Below, one piece after another: positions 37,227-45,799 of a stretch of 64,000 nt of DNA. Positions within the stretch are counted from its first letter, which is position 1. Each line of letters opens with the position of its first letter. This stretch comes from an uncultured Candidatus Saccharibacteria bacterium (GTDB lineage Bacteria > Patescibacteriota > Doudnabacteria > UBA920): positions 128-64,127 of the forward strand of contig CAZTXY010000001.1 of the NCBI GenBank assembly GCA_964617815.1, written 5' to 3'. The position numbers and the translations under genes are program-made. The notes below the pieces were generated by a model. It searched no databases. It was not told the DNA's origin and saw only the letters and a program-made list of their open reading frames with translations.

Positions 37227-38328
37227 ACAAAACCCTTTCCAGTTCCATTGTCGTAGTTAGGCCATCTCTAATTTTTTGTTGCCCATCACTTTGCATTGTG
37301 GTCATCCCAAAGCGTAGCGCTAATTCTTCAACCACCCCAAAAGATTGTTTTTTGGCAATGGCTTCCGCAAGTAAACCGTCAACAGCTAAAGTTTCATAGA
37401 TTCCTACTCGACCAGAAAAACCACTCAGAGAACAAATACTGCATGTATCTACTAAGCCTTGCCCAAAACAATACGAACACAACTTTCTTACTAAACGTTG
37501 GCCAACAACAAGCTTCAAAGTTGCAGCAATTAAATACGGAGCTATTCCCATATCTGCCAAACGTACAATACTACTTAGAGCATCAGTCGTATGAAGTGTC
37601 GAAAGTACTAAATGCCCTGTTAGGGCAGCCTGTATAGCCAAACTTGCAGTCTCACTATCGCGTATCTCACCGACCATAATAATATCCGGGTCCTGTCTAA
37701 GCACACTTCTTAAACCGCCAGCGAAACCAAAACCTCTGGCTGGAGAGACTGGAATTTGGCGCACTCCGCCAATTGCATATTCAACAGGGTCTTCTATAGT
37801 TATAATCGAAGACTCCGCAGTGTTTAACATTTGGAGTAGAGCGTAAAGTGTTGTGGTCTTACCGCTTCCAGTTGGTCCAGTTGCAATAATAAGTCCTGAG
37901 CGCATGTCCAGCGCAGACAAAACTCGCCGCTGATCAGACTCAGACATTCCCAACTCAAAAAGGCTTAAAGCAGTATTATCGGTACGCAAAACTCTGAGCA
38001 CAGCGTTCTCTCCATAATGTGTTGGCATGATTGATACTCGCACATCAAATTCATAATTTGGAGCAACAGAGTATCGGAAACGCCCGTCCTGAGGAAGACG
38101 ATGTTCGTCTATTCGAAGACCGGCTAAATTCTTAATCCGATTAATTACTTCTGTATGAGTGTATGTAGCTAGTGGCTCGACATCCCGAAGTAACCCATCC
38201 ACGCGCAAGCGAATACGCACACACGTATTTGTGGGATCAATATGTATGTCTGAGGCCTTATACTCCTTGGCAGTTGTGAGTAATTCTTTAACGATATCAG
38301 TTTCTTGCATGGCTAAACTATAAACCAC
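37213..38328 (-). CDS. pilB: type IV pilus ATPase (GspE/PilB family, short form)
   Basis: Walker A GPTGSGKTTTLY, Asp and His boxes, C-terminal tetracysteine CSYC...CSIC. Confidence 0.8.
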   Translation of the reverse strand: MVYSLAMQETDIVKELLTTAKEYKASDIHIDPTNTCVRIRLRVDGLLRDVEPLATYTHTEVINRIKNLAGLRIDEHRLPQDGRFRYSVAPNYEFDVRVSIMPTHYGENAVLRVLRTDNTALSLFELGMSESDQRRVLSALDMRSGLIIATGPTGSGKTTTLYALLQMLNTAESSIITIEDPVEYAIGGVRQIPVSPARGFGFAGGLRSVLRQDPDIIMVGEIRDSETASLAIQAALTGHLVLSTLHTTDALSSIVRLADMGIAPYLIAATLKLVVGQRLVRKLCSYCFGQGLVDTCSICSLSGFSGRVGIYETLAVDGLLAEAIAKKQSFGVVEELALRFGMTTMQSDGQQKIRDGLTTTMELERVLYEQR

Positions 38329-38382
38329 AAGAGTTCAAATAAAGTTAAAGAAATTATCAATTTTTTCTAAAGATTTAAACAA

Positions 38383-38419
38383 AGACCCCCAACGGAAGGG
38401 AGTCTTCCGTTGGGGGTCT
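38383..38419. terminator. bidirectional rho-independent terminator
   Basis: Perfect 16-bp stem AGACCCCCAACGGAAG/CTTCCGTTGGGGGTCT with AT-rich flanks. Confidence 0.65.
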
Positions 38420-38444
38420 TAGCAAATTTTTAGTTTAAATTCCT

Positions 38445-38879
38445 TTATTTATGGGCTTTTTTCATTTTCAAAATTGAGGATTTATACAAATGTGGTTTAT
38501 GAGCTTTAAGTCGCACAATTTTGACACGCAGTCCCAAGGCCTTCAAATCTTGTTTCAACGTTTTTGTGTAAGCAGACTGGTCATAGCCGAGTGCTATAAT
38601 TTGCGGTTTTTCTTTGACAATATGAGTCAGATAGTTACGAAGTCCTCCAAGTAATGCACGATCAACTAATTTACAGCCTGCCACAGTGACCAATCGTTGT
38701 TTCTCATTGTAAAGCGGAAAACTGCCCTTAATTTTTTTGACATTAACATCACGCGCAATTGAAACAACTAAAAAAGGTTCTTGGGCTAGGCTTCGCGCTT
38801 GCCTAAAAAAATCCAAATGTCCTTTATGTAAAAAGTCGAATGTTCCAAAGACCATTATTTTTGATTGCTGTGATTCCAT
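38445..38879 (-). CDS. cytidylyltransferase-like nucleotidyltransferase (HxGH family)
   Basis: FGTFDFLHKGH motif; 144 aa. Confidence 0.6.
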   Translation of the reverse strand: MESQQSKIMVFGTFDFLHKGHLDFFRQARSLAQEPFLVVSIARDVNVKKIKGSFPLYNEKQRLVTVAGCKLVDRALLGGLRNYLTHIVKEKPQIIALGYDQSAYTKTLKQDLKALGLRVKIVRLKAHKPHLYKSSILKMKKAHK

Positions 38880-38881
38880 AC

Positions 38882-40381
38882 TTAAACAGATTGGCGAAAT
38901 GGTAACATTTTTTTTATCATTACCAAATCATTTTTTTGCCAAAAATTTAAAAGTACCAAGACAACAAAGTACACAGTTACTCCAATAACTCCCATTCCAA
39001 TTAGATTTGCCAATTCACGAACAAAGCTCTGTGCAACTTGATCAAGCCAATTTTGCCAAATACTTGAGTCTTGCACAAAATATACCACGACACCCATAAC
39101 AGCGGCCGCTAAAGCTGGTCGCCACACAAAACGAGCAAAGGAAAAATTAGTTAATTTTGTTTTAACAAAATAAAAATACAATGCGCCCTGAATAAACTCT
39201 GAGGCTACTGTCACACTTGCGGCTGCCACAATTCCATAGCGCGGTAAAAGAATTAAATTAGCGGCAATGTTAATGACTACATTTATCACGGTCACTACCA
39301 CGGCCCATTTAGTTAGTTGGGAAATAACCAAGGCATTGGCCACAATATAAGTTAACAGTATGGCGGGAGCCCAAATTAAAACCGACAAAACCGAACTTGC
39401 GCCCAAAAATTCTTCGCCTGCCAAAATAAATATAATCGATTTTGCCAGCAACATACCACCAACAGCCAACGGCAAAGCTAAGGCCAACAATAAACGCAAA
39501 TATTTTTCAACTATGGCTCTGACCTCAGAAATCTGCCCCTTGGCCACCAAACCCGCAAACACAGGATATAAAGTAAATGAAACTATCGATGGAAAAAAAG
39601 CAACAAGGTCAAAAAATCGGTACGCACTAGCATAGAGTCCAGTAGCTTCCGCCCCTAACATTTTATAAATAATAACCATATCAATTCGGTTATAGATAGT
39701 ACTAAAACCAACAAGCAACGCAAAGGGAAGAGCTGCGCGCATAATTTGTTTGGCAAAACCAAAGTCAAAATATCTAAATGCATTCCAAATTTCCGCACGC
39801 GGGATGTAAACACGCACAAACCGGCGGTATAAAAACAATCCAATAATTCCAAAAATTAACTGGTTGCTGACTAAAAACACAATGTATTTACCCAACACAA
39901 TGGTCAATGTGATAATGACCACGTTAACCATGGAATTCATAAAGTTTATCAGCGCAACTTTTTTTAAATCCTGATGTGCGCTCATCACGGCCAAATACGG
40001 ATAAGTTAACCCGGCAAAAACAAAACCTAAACCAGAAACAGCAATCGCGCCCATCACCACTGGCTCATACCCATTCCCAAAGGCAATCGCCATCATTAGA
40101 GCATAGACCACAGTTGCCAACACAACTTCAACGGCAAAAAAGTTTTGTAAATAATATTTAGCGCGAGTTGGCTCTTCGCTAATTTTTTTGATAATAAACT
40201 GCTGAAGACCAAAGTCAATTATTACTCCAAAGATAGTTGTGAACGATAAAACAAACTGATGCTGTCCGGTACCATGCGGGCCTAAATATCTAAGCAAAAA
40301 AATATACGCTACGGCAAGTAACGCAATAGCGATGGTGCGCGAAAGCGACAACCAGAAAATATTTTGTGAGGGTGTAGCCAT
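38882..40381 (-). CDS. oligosaccharide flippase (MOP/Wzx family)
   Basis: 499 aa, about 12-14 TM helices typical of polysaccharide-biosynthesis flippases. Confidence 0.65.
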   Translation of the reverse strand: MATPSQNIFWLSLSRTIAIALLAVAYIFLLRYLGPHGTGQHQFVLSFTTIFGVIIDFGLQQFIIKKISEEPTRAKYYLQNFFAVEVVLATVVYALMMAIAFGNGYEPVVMGAIAVSGLGFVFAGLTYPYLAVMSAHQDLKKVALINFMNSMVNVVIITLTIVLGKYIVFLVSNQLIFGIIGLFLYRRFVRVYIPRAEIWNAFRYFDFGFAKQIMRAALPFALLVGFSTIYNRIDMVIIYKMLGAEATGLYASAYRFFDLVAFFPSIVSFTLYPVFAGLVAKGQISEVRAIVEKYLRLLLALALPLAVGGMLLAKSIIFILAGEEFLGASSVLSVLIWAPAILLTYIVANALVISQLTKWAVVVTVINVVINIAANLILLPRYGIVAAASVTVASEFIQGALYFYFVKTKLTNFSFARFVWRPALAAAVMGVVVYFVQDSSIWQNWLDQVAQSFVRELANLIGMGVIGVTVYFVVLVLLNFWQKNDLVMIKKMLPFRQSV

Positions 40382-40411
40382 GAGCCTTTATTATAGCAAA
40401 ATTAGCCCTAT

Positions 40412-40440
40412 TTGACCAAAATCAAGATATGTGGTAGAAT
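40412..40440 (+). promoter_or_regulatory. near-consensus sigma70 promoter for the island-D gene (TTGACC-17-TAGAAT)
   Basis: Hexamers seen directly; leaves a 5' UTR of about 100 nt before the ATG at 40548. Confidence 0.55.
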
Positions 40441-40547
40441 TGGAACTATGAATTCGTCGCCTGTTTTGGGGCTTTAGCATGCCTACGCTAAACCTTGAAA
40501 CAGCCGAAATCTGAAATGTAGTTACAACCAAATAGGAGCGATAGACT

Positions 40548-40862
40548 ATGAATGGTCTGAGCACTGTCGAAATCGATGGCCGAAGGGTCATCGAAATCAC
40601 TGACTTCAACAAGTCCAAGGCGATCGCCGCCCCGATCCATCTCGCCATCACGGCGGCCAAGATGGGCATCGAGACCCAGAGCGAGAGCCATCATCCGGCC
40701 CACCCGGAAGCAAAGGTCATTTCGTACCCGGTGTGGATGGCAGGATGGGGGGGCAACATGAAGGTTTTCCCGATGACGGCCCCGCAGTTGATCGACTATC
40801 TGCGTCGTGGCCGTGGCGAGCACTCGCCCGACCACACGACCGTCGTCGCCGCGACGGTCTAG
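40548..40862 (+). CDS. hypothetical protein in GC-rich island D
   Basis: 104 aa, about 58% GC; AGGAG RBS 7 nt upstream; no family recognised; minus-strand ORFs here are composition artefacts. Confidence 0.5.
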   Translation: MNGLSTVEIDGRRVIEITDFNKSKAIAAPIHLAITAAKMGIETQSESHHPAHPEAKVISYPVWMAGWGGNMKVFPMTAPQLIDYLRRGRGEHSPDHTTVVAATV

Positions 40863-40888
40863 ACCGAAACCGCGCAACCCGCGCACAC

Positions 40889-40920
40889 AGGCCACCCCGA
40901 CACTTTGTCTGGGGTGGCCT
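40889..40920 (+). terminator. terminator of the island-D gene
   Basis: GC-rich stem AGGCCACCCCGACA/TGTC(T)GGGGTGGCCT followed by TTCTCATTT. Confidence 0.55.
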
Positions 40921-40940
40921 TTCTCATTTATAATCAAAAA

Positions 40941-40973
40941 AAGCGGCACCCTTTGTTGCAAAGGGTGCCGCTT
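40941..40973. terminator. bidirectional terminator
   Basis: Perfect 15-bp stem AAGCGGCACCCTTTG/CAAAGGGTGCCGCTT, A-run before, T-rich after. Confidence 0.6.
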
Positions 40974-40988
40974 CTATAATTTCTCAAT

Positions 40989-42833
40989 TTACTTTAACAA
41001 TACTTCACCTTGGCTATAACCATCAACTTCAACTTGTGGCAAGGTTACAACATTTTTGAAACTATATTTACGAGCCTTAAATGCTGCAGCTGAAAGCAGT
41101 CGCAACTGACTTTTCAAAACAACATACACAGCGCCACTACCGTCACCTTTTACTAAAGTATTATCACGTGGAGTAATACCAGGACCAACAGGCCAAGCAT
41201 CGTGTTCAGATTGACTAAATGTAAAATCTGGAGTAATTTTGCGTTGGCCTTTTACAAAATTAGAAATAGAATGCTTTGAGCCGTCTTTGAATAACCACAA
41301 TTGCCCAGTACTACCAACTGTGTAAAAACTTTGCTCTTTTGGCGTAGCCCAAACACCAAGACTAATGCCGTCAACTTCCTCACTGCTTAGTACTGCGATT
41401 TGTTTTGGGACGATATTACGACTGCGGAAAACTTCGCCGCTCATTGGACGCTTCTGTCCTTTATCTGTGACATAAACCGCTTGGCTATTTGACGCCTTGA
41501 TAATGGTACCATCAAGTGGTGCTACAAACCCTTTTTTTGGATAACTTTCAAGCTCACTGTCATCTATAATTTGCATTCTTTTACTGGCTCCGTGCTGAGC
41601 AAAAGTATAACCACTAAAAAGTTGTAAAAAACCACCACTGACTAAATAGACAGCATGATTAGTCTTACCACGAAGAACTGTACCATCATTTGGTGTAAGC
41701 TGTGGGCCTTTTTCAAACAAAGCTGCATCAAGTGCTGAGACATTCAAAGCATTTGCAACATTTAGCCCACGCTGGGCAATTACCACACTTGTTGCAGGAA
41801 GTTTCAAATTATTTTGAAATACATAATAACCATTCTCACCTTCTACTTTGATAACCGTATTATCAACAGGACCGAGAAGTTTGTCCGTTACATAACTCTC
41901 AAATTCCGTTTGAGAAACTGTAATTGCGGAGGAAGGATTTAGACCTCGCGCAATAATAACAAACTGAGGGACAGGCTGTTTTACCCCATTTAAGATAATG
42001 TAAATTTTCGTGTCGTTGGCTAACTTAAAAAGCGTATTGTTTGGATATCTAAACCATTCGTTAAAATATTTCCAAAAATTATAATTACCGTTAAAAATAT
42101 GTGGCGTATAGTTGTAAAGTGCCGCAGTAGCTGAATTTCCAAGCGTAATGCTTTGCTGACGCATAATGCCGTCATAAGCGCCTTCGGTATTGTCCAAAGT
42201 AATTACACTTCCCACCCGCGAAACTGACCCGTTAAACATGGGGCCACGACCACCAGGAGTATTAAAAGACTTCATTAATGAGCGAGCAGCGCCTAAATAA
42301 CGACTGCCCTCACTGTCAAAGTTTCCAAAAAGTTGGTGATAAAAACCGGTAAAGACTGCACCACATCCGCCACTATCAGGACAACCAAAACCAAGTGAGA
42401 AGTCCAAAGCGCGCTGAAGCTGTTCTGGAGTTGATGTTTGCCTTCCAGTAATCAAGCTCTGTTCTTTTTGCAACGTAACAATAATCACTTGTGGGTTCAG
42501 ACCGCTCTGCACGCTAGCGTCCCAAATAAGTTCTGCAGCTGTGCGCAGGCGAGGCAAGTTTGGCTGTGGATCCTCTAAACCTTGTTTTAACAAACTAATT
42601 TGAGGTTCTTTTAGCTTAGCTAAAAAATCTGGGTTTGCATTGGCTAATATACTGCCTTTGCTTTCCAAAAACTTTTGAATACCACTTGCTCCACCAAAAG
42701 TTTTCGTATCAGAGAAAACGGCGTCATCTATAATTTTATCTGGGTTAAAAGCAGGATTAACCGGAAGCCCTGCCGAAACAAGACTTGGAGATAATAAGAA
42801 AATAGAAAATAAAATTGCGCTAATGTATTTCAT
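40989..42833 (-). CDS. secreted protein with about five C-terminal repeat modules of about 57 aa
   Basis: Signal peptide; repeats G(T/S)L(I/V)K...AVY(V/L)V..G.K... shared with the neighbouring S8 protease. Confidence 0.45.
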   Translation of the reverse strand: MKYISAILFSIFLLSPSLVSAGLPVNPAFNPDKIIDDAVFSDTKTFGGASGIQKFLESKGSILANANPDFLAKLKEPQISLLKQGLEDPQPNLPRLRTAAELIWDASVQSGLNPQVIIVTLQKEQSLITGRQTSTPEQLQRALDFSLGFGCPDSGGCGAVFTGFYHQLFGNFDSEGSRYLGAARSLMKSFNTPGGRGPMFNGSVSRVGSVITLDNTEGAYDGIMRQQSITLGNSATAALYNYTPHIFNGNYNFWKYFNEWFRYPNNTLFKLANDTKIYIILNGVKQPVPQFVIIARGLNPSSAITVSQTEFESYVTDKLLGPVDNTVIKVEGENGYYVFQNNLKLPATSVVIAQRGLNVANALNVSALDAALFEKGPQLTPNDGTVLRGKTNHAVYLVSGGFLQLFSGYTFAQHGASKRMQIIDDSELESYPKKGFVAPLDGTIIKASNSQAVYVTDKGQKRPMSGEVFRSRNIVPKQIAVLSSEEVDGISLGVWATPKEQSFYTVGSTGQLWLFKDGSKHSISNFVKGQRKITPDFTFSQSEHDAWPVGPGITPRDNTLVKGDGSGAVYVVLKSQLRLLSAAAFKARKYSFKNVVTLPQVEVDGYSQGEVLLK

Positions 42834-42879
42834 ATGATTGTCTTTCTATAATAACATAATTAAAGCTTGGTACTAAGTA

Positions 42880-44718
42880 CTAGAGAATATACGCGTCCCC
42901 TTTTGAAAAACTTTTTAAATCATTGTCTGATACGTAAACCACTGGAAATATTGTAAGACCACGGGCTTGATAAAAGTTAAAGTTTATGGGATGAAGCACC
43001 CCTTCTACGGCCCAATAAACAGTTGTGTCTTTAGCCGTCCGAACTAAGCTTCCATCGGGAGGAGCCAGAAAATTTCCCGTCAGCCAAGAATTCACTTCAG
43101 AATAACTAAGCGATATAATGTTTGTGAATTTAAAACCTCTCAGATTAAAAATTTGTCCGGTTATCGGTAACTTTAAGTCTTTGGAAATATAATAAACTGT
43201 TGGGTCTGTTGTTAGCTTTATTAAAGTCCCCTCAAGTGGCGCTGCAAAATTACTTTCTGGATAGCGACTAAGATCGTCTAGTGTAACTATTTTAATAACT
43301 GCCCCGCCGAAGCGCTGGCTTTTTACAAAAGGGCTAATGTATTGTCTTTTTCCGCCATTAATATAATAAAAATTTCCAGTATTTTGAATCTGCACAACAT
43401 CTCCATCTTTTAAATTTGGCGTAACTATTTCTTGTGCCAAACTTTTCACAACATTAATGCGTCCAGTCCCAAGTAAACCTGCACAAGAACTGCCATTGCA
43501 TTGGCTTAAATTTAAATTATCAATTGGATCTGCAGACGCGAGTATCCGGTCACGAATTTGTTTATTAGTCGCTCCGGGAAATTTACTTTTAAGTAACGCG
43601 GCCTGCCCAACTACAAACGGGACAGCCATGGAAGTTCCCGACGCATAAGCATAGTCGTCTGGACGAATTGCTCCACTAAGCGGATCATGATTAATAGTAG
43701 AAAGAATACGCCTGCCAGGGGCTGCAACATCAATACAAGCTTTACCGAAATTGGAAAAAGAAGGTTTTTGATCGTTGAAGTCTGTGGCCAGCACTCCAAT
43801 GATCATATTTTCACCATTATCATCACAAATTGGGAAAACTGGCTCTTGGTCTAAGTTCCCTCCGGTAATTGCAACGTCATTGCCTGCTGCTGCCACAATT
43901 ACTACGTCTTTGCGAAAAGCATAAGTAATTGCGTTAGCTAAAGTTGTGTCATGGCCAAAGCCAATGCCACCCAAACTTAAATTTATAATATGCGCACCTT
44001 GATCGGCTGCCCAAACAATTGCTTCAGATACGCTGGAGGAACTACCACTCCCAAGAGCGTCGAGTGCTTTTACTGGCATCAAACTAATTTGCCAATTAGT
44101 GCCAGCAACTCCAATCCCATTGTTGGGCGAGGCTCCAATAATTCCAGTGACTAAAGTTCCGTGCCCATTGTCATCAGAATTAGTTCCTGAAACAATAATA
44201 TTTCTTGTCAAAGTATTAAAACCTGTAACAAACTTCACACCAGCAAAGTCTTCATGGGTTTGATCTATTCCAGTATCAATAACAGCAACAATGGTTTTAA
44301 TAGAGCCCTTCTCTTTGTCCCAGACTTCTGGAAAACCAGTTTTTGCCAGTCCCCATTGTTTGTCTATATTTAAAGGATTTAAAGTAAAGCCTGGATCGTT
44401 TGGCGTAATTTGTGCGTGAGTTTGCAAAATTTGATCTTGCTCTACATAATCAAAACTGCCTGCAAGTTTCTCTTTAATTTTATTGAGACTAAGACTTGAA
44501 GAAAAACTATAGACATTTTGGAATTGAGGATTTGAGGAAAAAGTAAATTTTTGCTCTATTTTGTCTGAGAAAGAAGACAATGCTGATAACTCGTTACTCT
44601 TGAGTTTAATGATAAAATTACTACTGGTTTGCTGCTCTGCAAAAACAGGACTTGGCAGAACCAAGCCTGAAATTAAAAGAGTGAGTAGTGATTTTAAAAA
44701 GAAATGTTTTAATTTCAT
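42880..44718 (-). CDS. subtilisin-like serine protease (S8) with three C-terminal repeat modules of about 57 aa
   Basis: Catalytic triad motifs VAVIDTGID (Asp), HGTLVTGI (His), GTSMAVPFV (Ser); signal peptide. Confidence 0.85.
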   Translation of the reverse strand: MKLKHFFLKSLLTLLISGLVLPSPVFAEQQTSSNFIIKLKSNELSALSSFSDKIEQKFTFSSNPQFQNVYSFSSSLSLNKIKEKLAGSFDYVEQDQILQTHAQITPNDPGFTLNPLNIDKQWGLAKTGFPEVWDKEKGSIKTIVAVIDTGIDQTHEDFAGVKFVTGFNTLTRNIIVSGTNSDDNGHGTLVTGIIGASPNNGIGVAGTNWQISLMPVKALDALGSGSSSSVSEAIVWAADQGAHIINLSLGGIGFGHDTTLANAITYAFRKDVVIVAAAGNDVAITGGNLDQEPVFPICDDNGENMIIGVLATDFNDQKPSFSNFGKACIDVAAPGRRILSTINHDPLSGAIRPDDYAYASGTSMAVPFVVGQAALLKSKFPGATNKQIRDRILASADPIDNLNLSQCNGSSCAGLLGTGRINVVKSLAQEIVTPNLKDGDVVQIQNTGNFYYINGGKRQYISPFVKSQRFGGAVIKIVTLDDLSRYPESNFAAPLEGTLIKLTTDPTVYYISKDLKLPITGQIFNLRGFKFTNIISLSYSEVNSWLTGNFLAPPDGSLVRTAKDTTVYWAVEGVLHPINFNFYQARGLTIFPVVYVSDNDLKSFSKGDAYIL

Positions 44719-44846
44719 CTAACCTACGATGACTGTCATCCTGAGCGGAGCGAAGGATCTCTGCAGAGATTCCTCGACAAGCTCGGAATGACAATACTTA
44801 TTTAGTTTCATTGTTTTCCTAAGTACCAAGTACTTAGTACTAAGTA

Positions 44847-45566
44847 CTACTTTGTGTACTTTCCTGTCATCAAATTCAATCTAGTTTGCATAATTTCCAA
44901 AAGCATTTTTATCATTCCTGAAAGCTTCACGTGACTCTCTGCGTCATTGACCCAAACAATTGGCAACTCTTTAATTTTAAAACCAAACTTGCGAGCTAAA
45001 GCTAAAATTTCAACATCAAACGCCCAGCGCATAATTCTCTGTTGAGGAAAAATTTTACTCGCAGCTTTGGCGGAGACTGCTTTAAACCCACACTGTGAAT
45101 CTGTAACACCCAAAGGTACCAAGGTATGAACTATCAAACGAAACACACCGCCCAAAAAATCACGCAAAAGTGGCTGATGTGCCGCAATGTTGCTTCCTGC
45201 AATCCGGCGAGAACCAATCACTAAGTCATAGCCCTGCTCAAAATAAGGCAAAAATGGTAAAACCTGATCTACGGTTGTGGAGTTATCCGCATCCATAAAC
45301 AAGCGGACATCGCCATTAGCTTCAAGCATACCTTGGCGCACTACCCAGCCTTTGCCATGATTATCCTTGTTATCTATAAGACGTAAGTTTTTGACAGTTG
45401 TTTCTAAATTTTTTACAACTTCTCCTGTATTATCTGTTGAACCATCACTAACTACCAGTATTTCATAGTCAAATGACTGTTTAGTTAAAAACTCATTAAC
45501 TGAATAGAGAGTTTTTTCAATGCGCTTACCTTCGTTATAAGCCGGGATAACTACGGATAGTTTCAT
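44847..45566 (-). CDS. GT2 polyprenyl-phosphate glycosyltransferase (DPM1-like)
   Basis: KLSVVIPAYNEGKRI...VVSDGSTDNT...DADNS motifs; 239 aa. Confidence 0.8.
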   Translation of the reverse strand: MKLSVVIPAYNEGKRIEKTLYSVNEFLTKQSFDYEILVVSDGSTDNTGEVVKNLETTVKNLRLIDNKDNHGKGWVVRQGMLEANGDVRLFMDADNSTTVDQVLPFLPYFEQGYDLVIGSRRIAGSNIAAHQPLLRDFLGGVFRLIVHTLVPLGVTDSQCGFKAVSAKAASKIFPQQRIMRWAFDVEILALARKFGFKIKELPIVWVNDAESHVKLSGMIKMLLEIMQTRLNLMTGKYTK

Positions 45567-45652
45567 ATTTTTTGTGTTAATTTCGCCAAATTTTTTACAA
45601 CTAATATATTTGTATTATAGCAAAAAAATGTCATCTATGCGACTTGAATTCT

Positions 45653-45692
45653 ATATTTTCTCTTTTTCACAAATGTGAAAAAGAGAAAATAT
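45653..45692. repeat. perfect 18-bp inverted repeat (40-nt AT-rich palindrome)
   Basis: ATATTTTCTCTTTTTCAC-AAAT-GTGAAAAAGAGAAAATAT in the spacer between the DPM1-like gene and island E. Confidence 0.6.
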
Positions 45693-45734
45693 AAACACTA
45701 ATTTATGAATTTAAAAAAATAGATAAAATGAAAA

Positions 45735-45783
45735 CGCGGCACTTGTGCTTTCCGTCCGAAGACAGGAAAGACACGAGTACCGC
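45735..45783 (-). terminator. terminator of the island-E operon (UUCG-type tetraloop hairpin)
   Basis: Imperfect long stem with a TTCG loop on the minus strand followed by a T-rich run, just after the 45800 stop. Confidence 0.45.
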
Positions 45784-45799
45784 GCATCGCGACTAGCGA

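Noticed and set aside
40391-41019. Minus- and plus-strand ORFs overlapping the island-D gene (40391..40669 -, 40488..40961 -, 40576..40761 +, 40733..40933 +, 40807..41019 +)
   Set aside because: They are stop-poor frames in GC-rich DNA with R/G/P-rich low-complexity translations. Only 40548..40862 + has promoter, RBS and terminator support.
44719-44846. Long imperfect palindrome (GTCATCCTGAGCGGAGCGAAGGATCTCTG / CAGAGATTCCTCGACAAGCTCGGAATGAC) upstream of the S8 protease, considered as a small RNA or riboswitch
   Set aside because: The arms contain several mismatches and an asymmetric internal loop, with no recognisable riboswitch core. It is more likely a terminator for the upstream DPM1-like gene combined with the protease promoter region. 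It is noted only as part of the heptamer-repeat finding.
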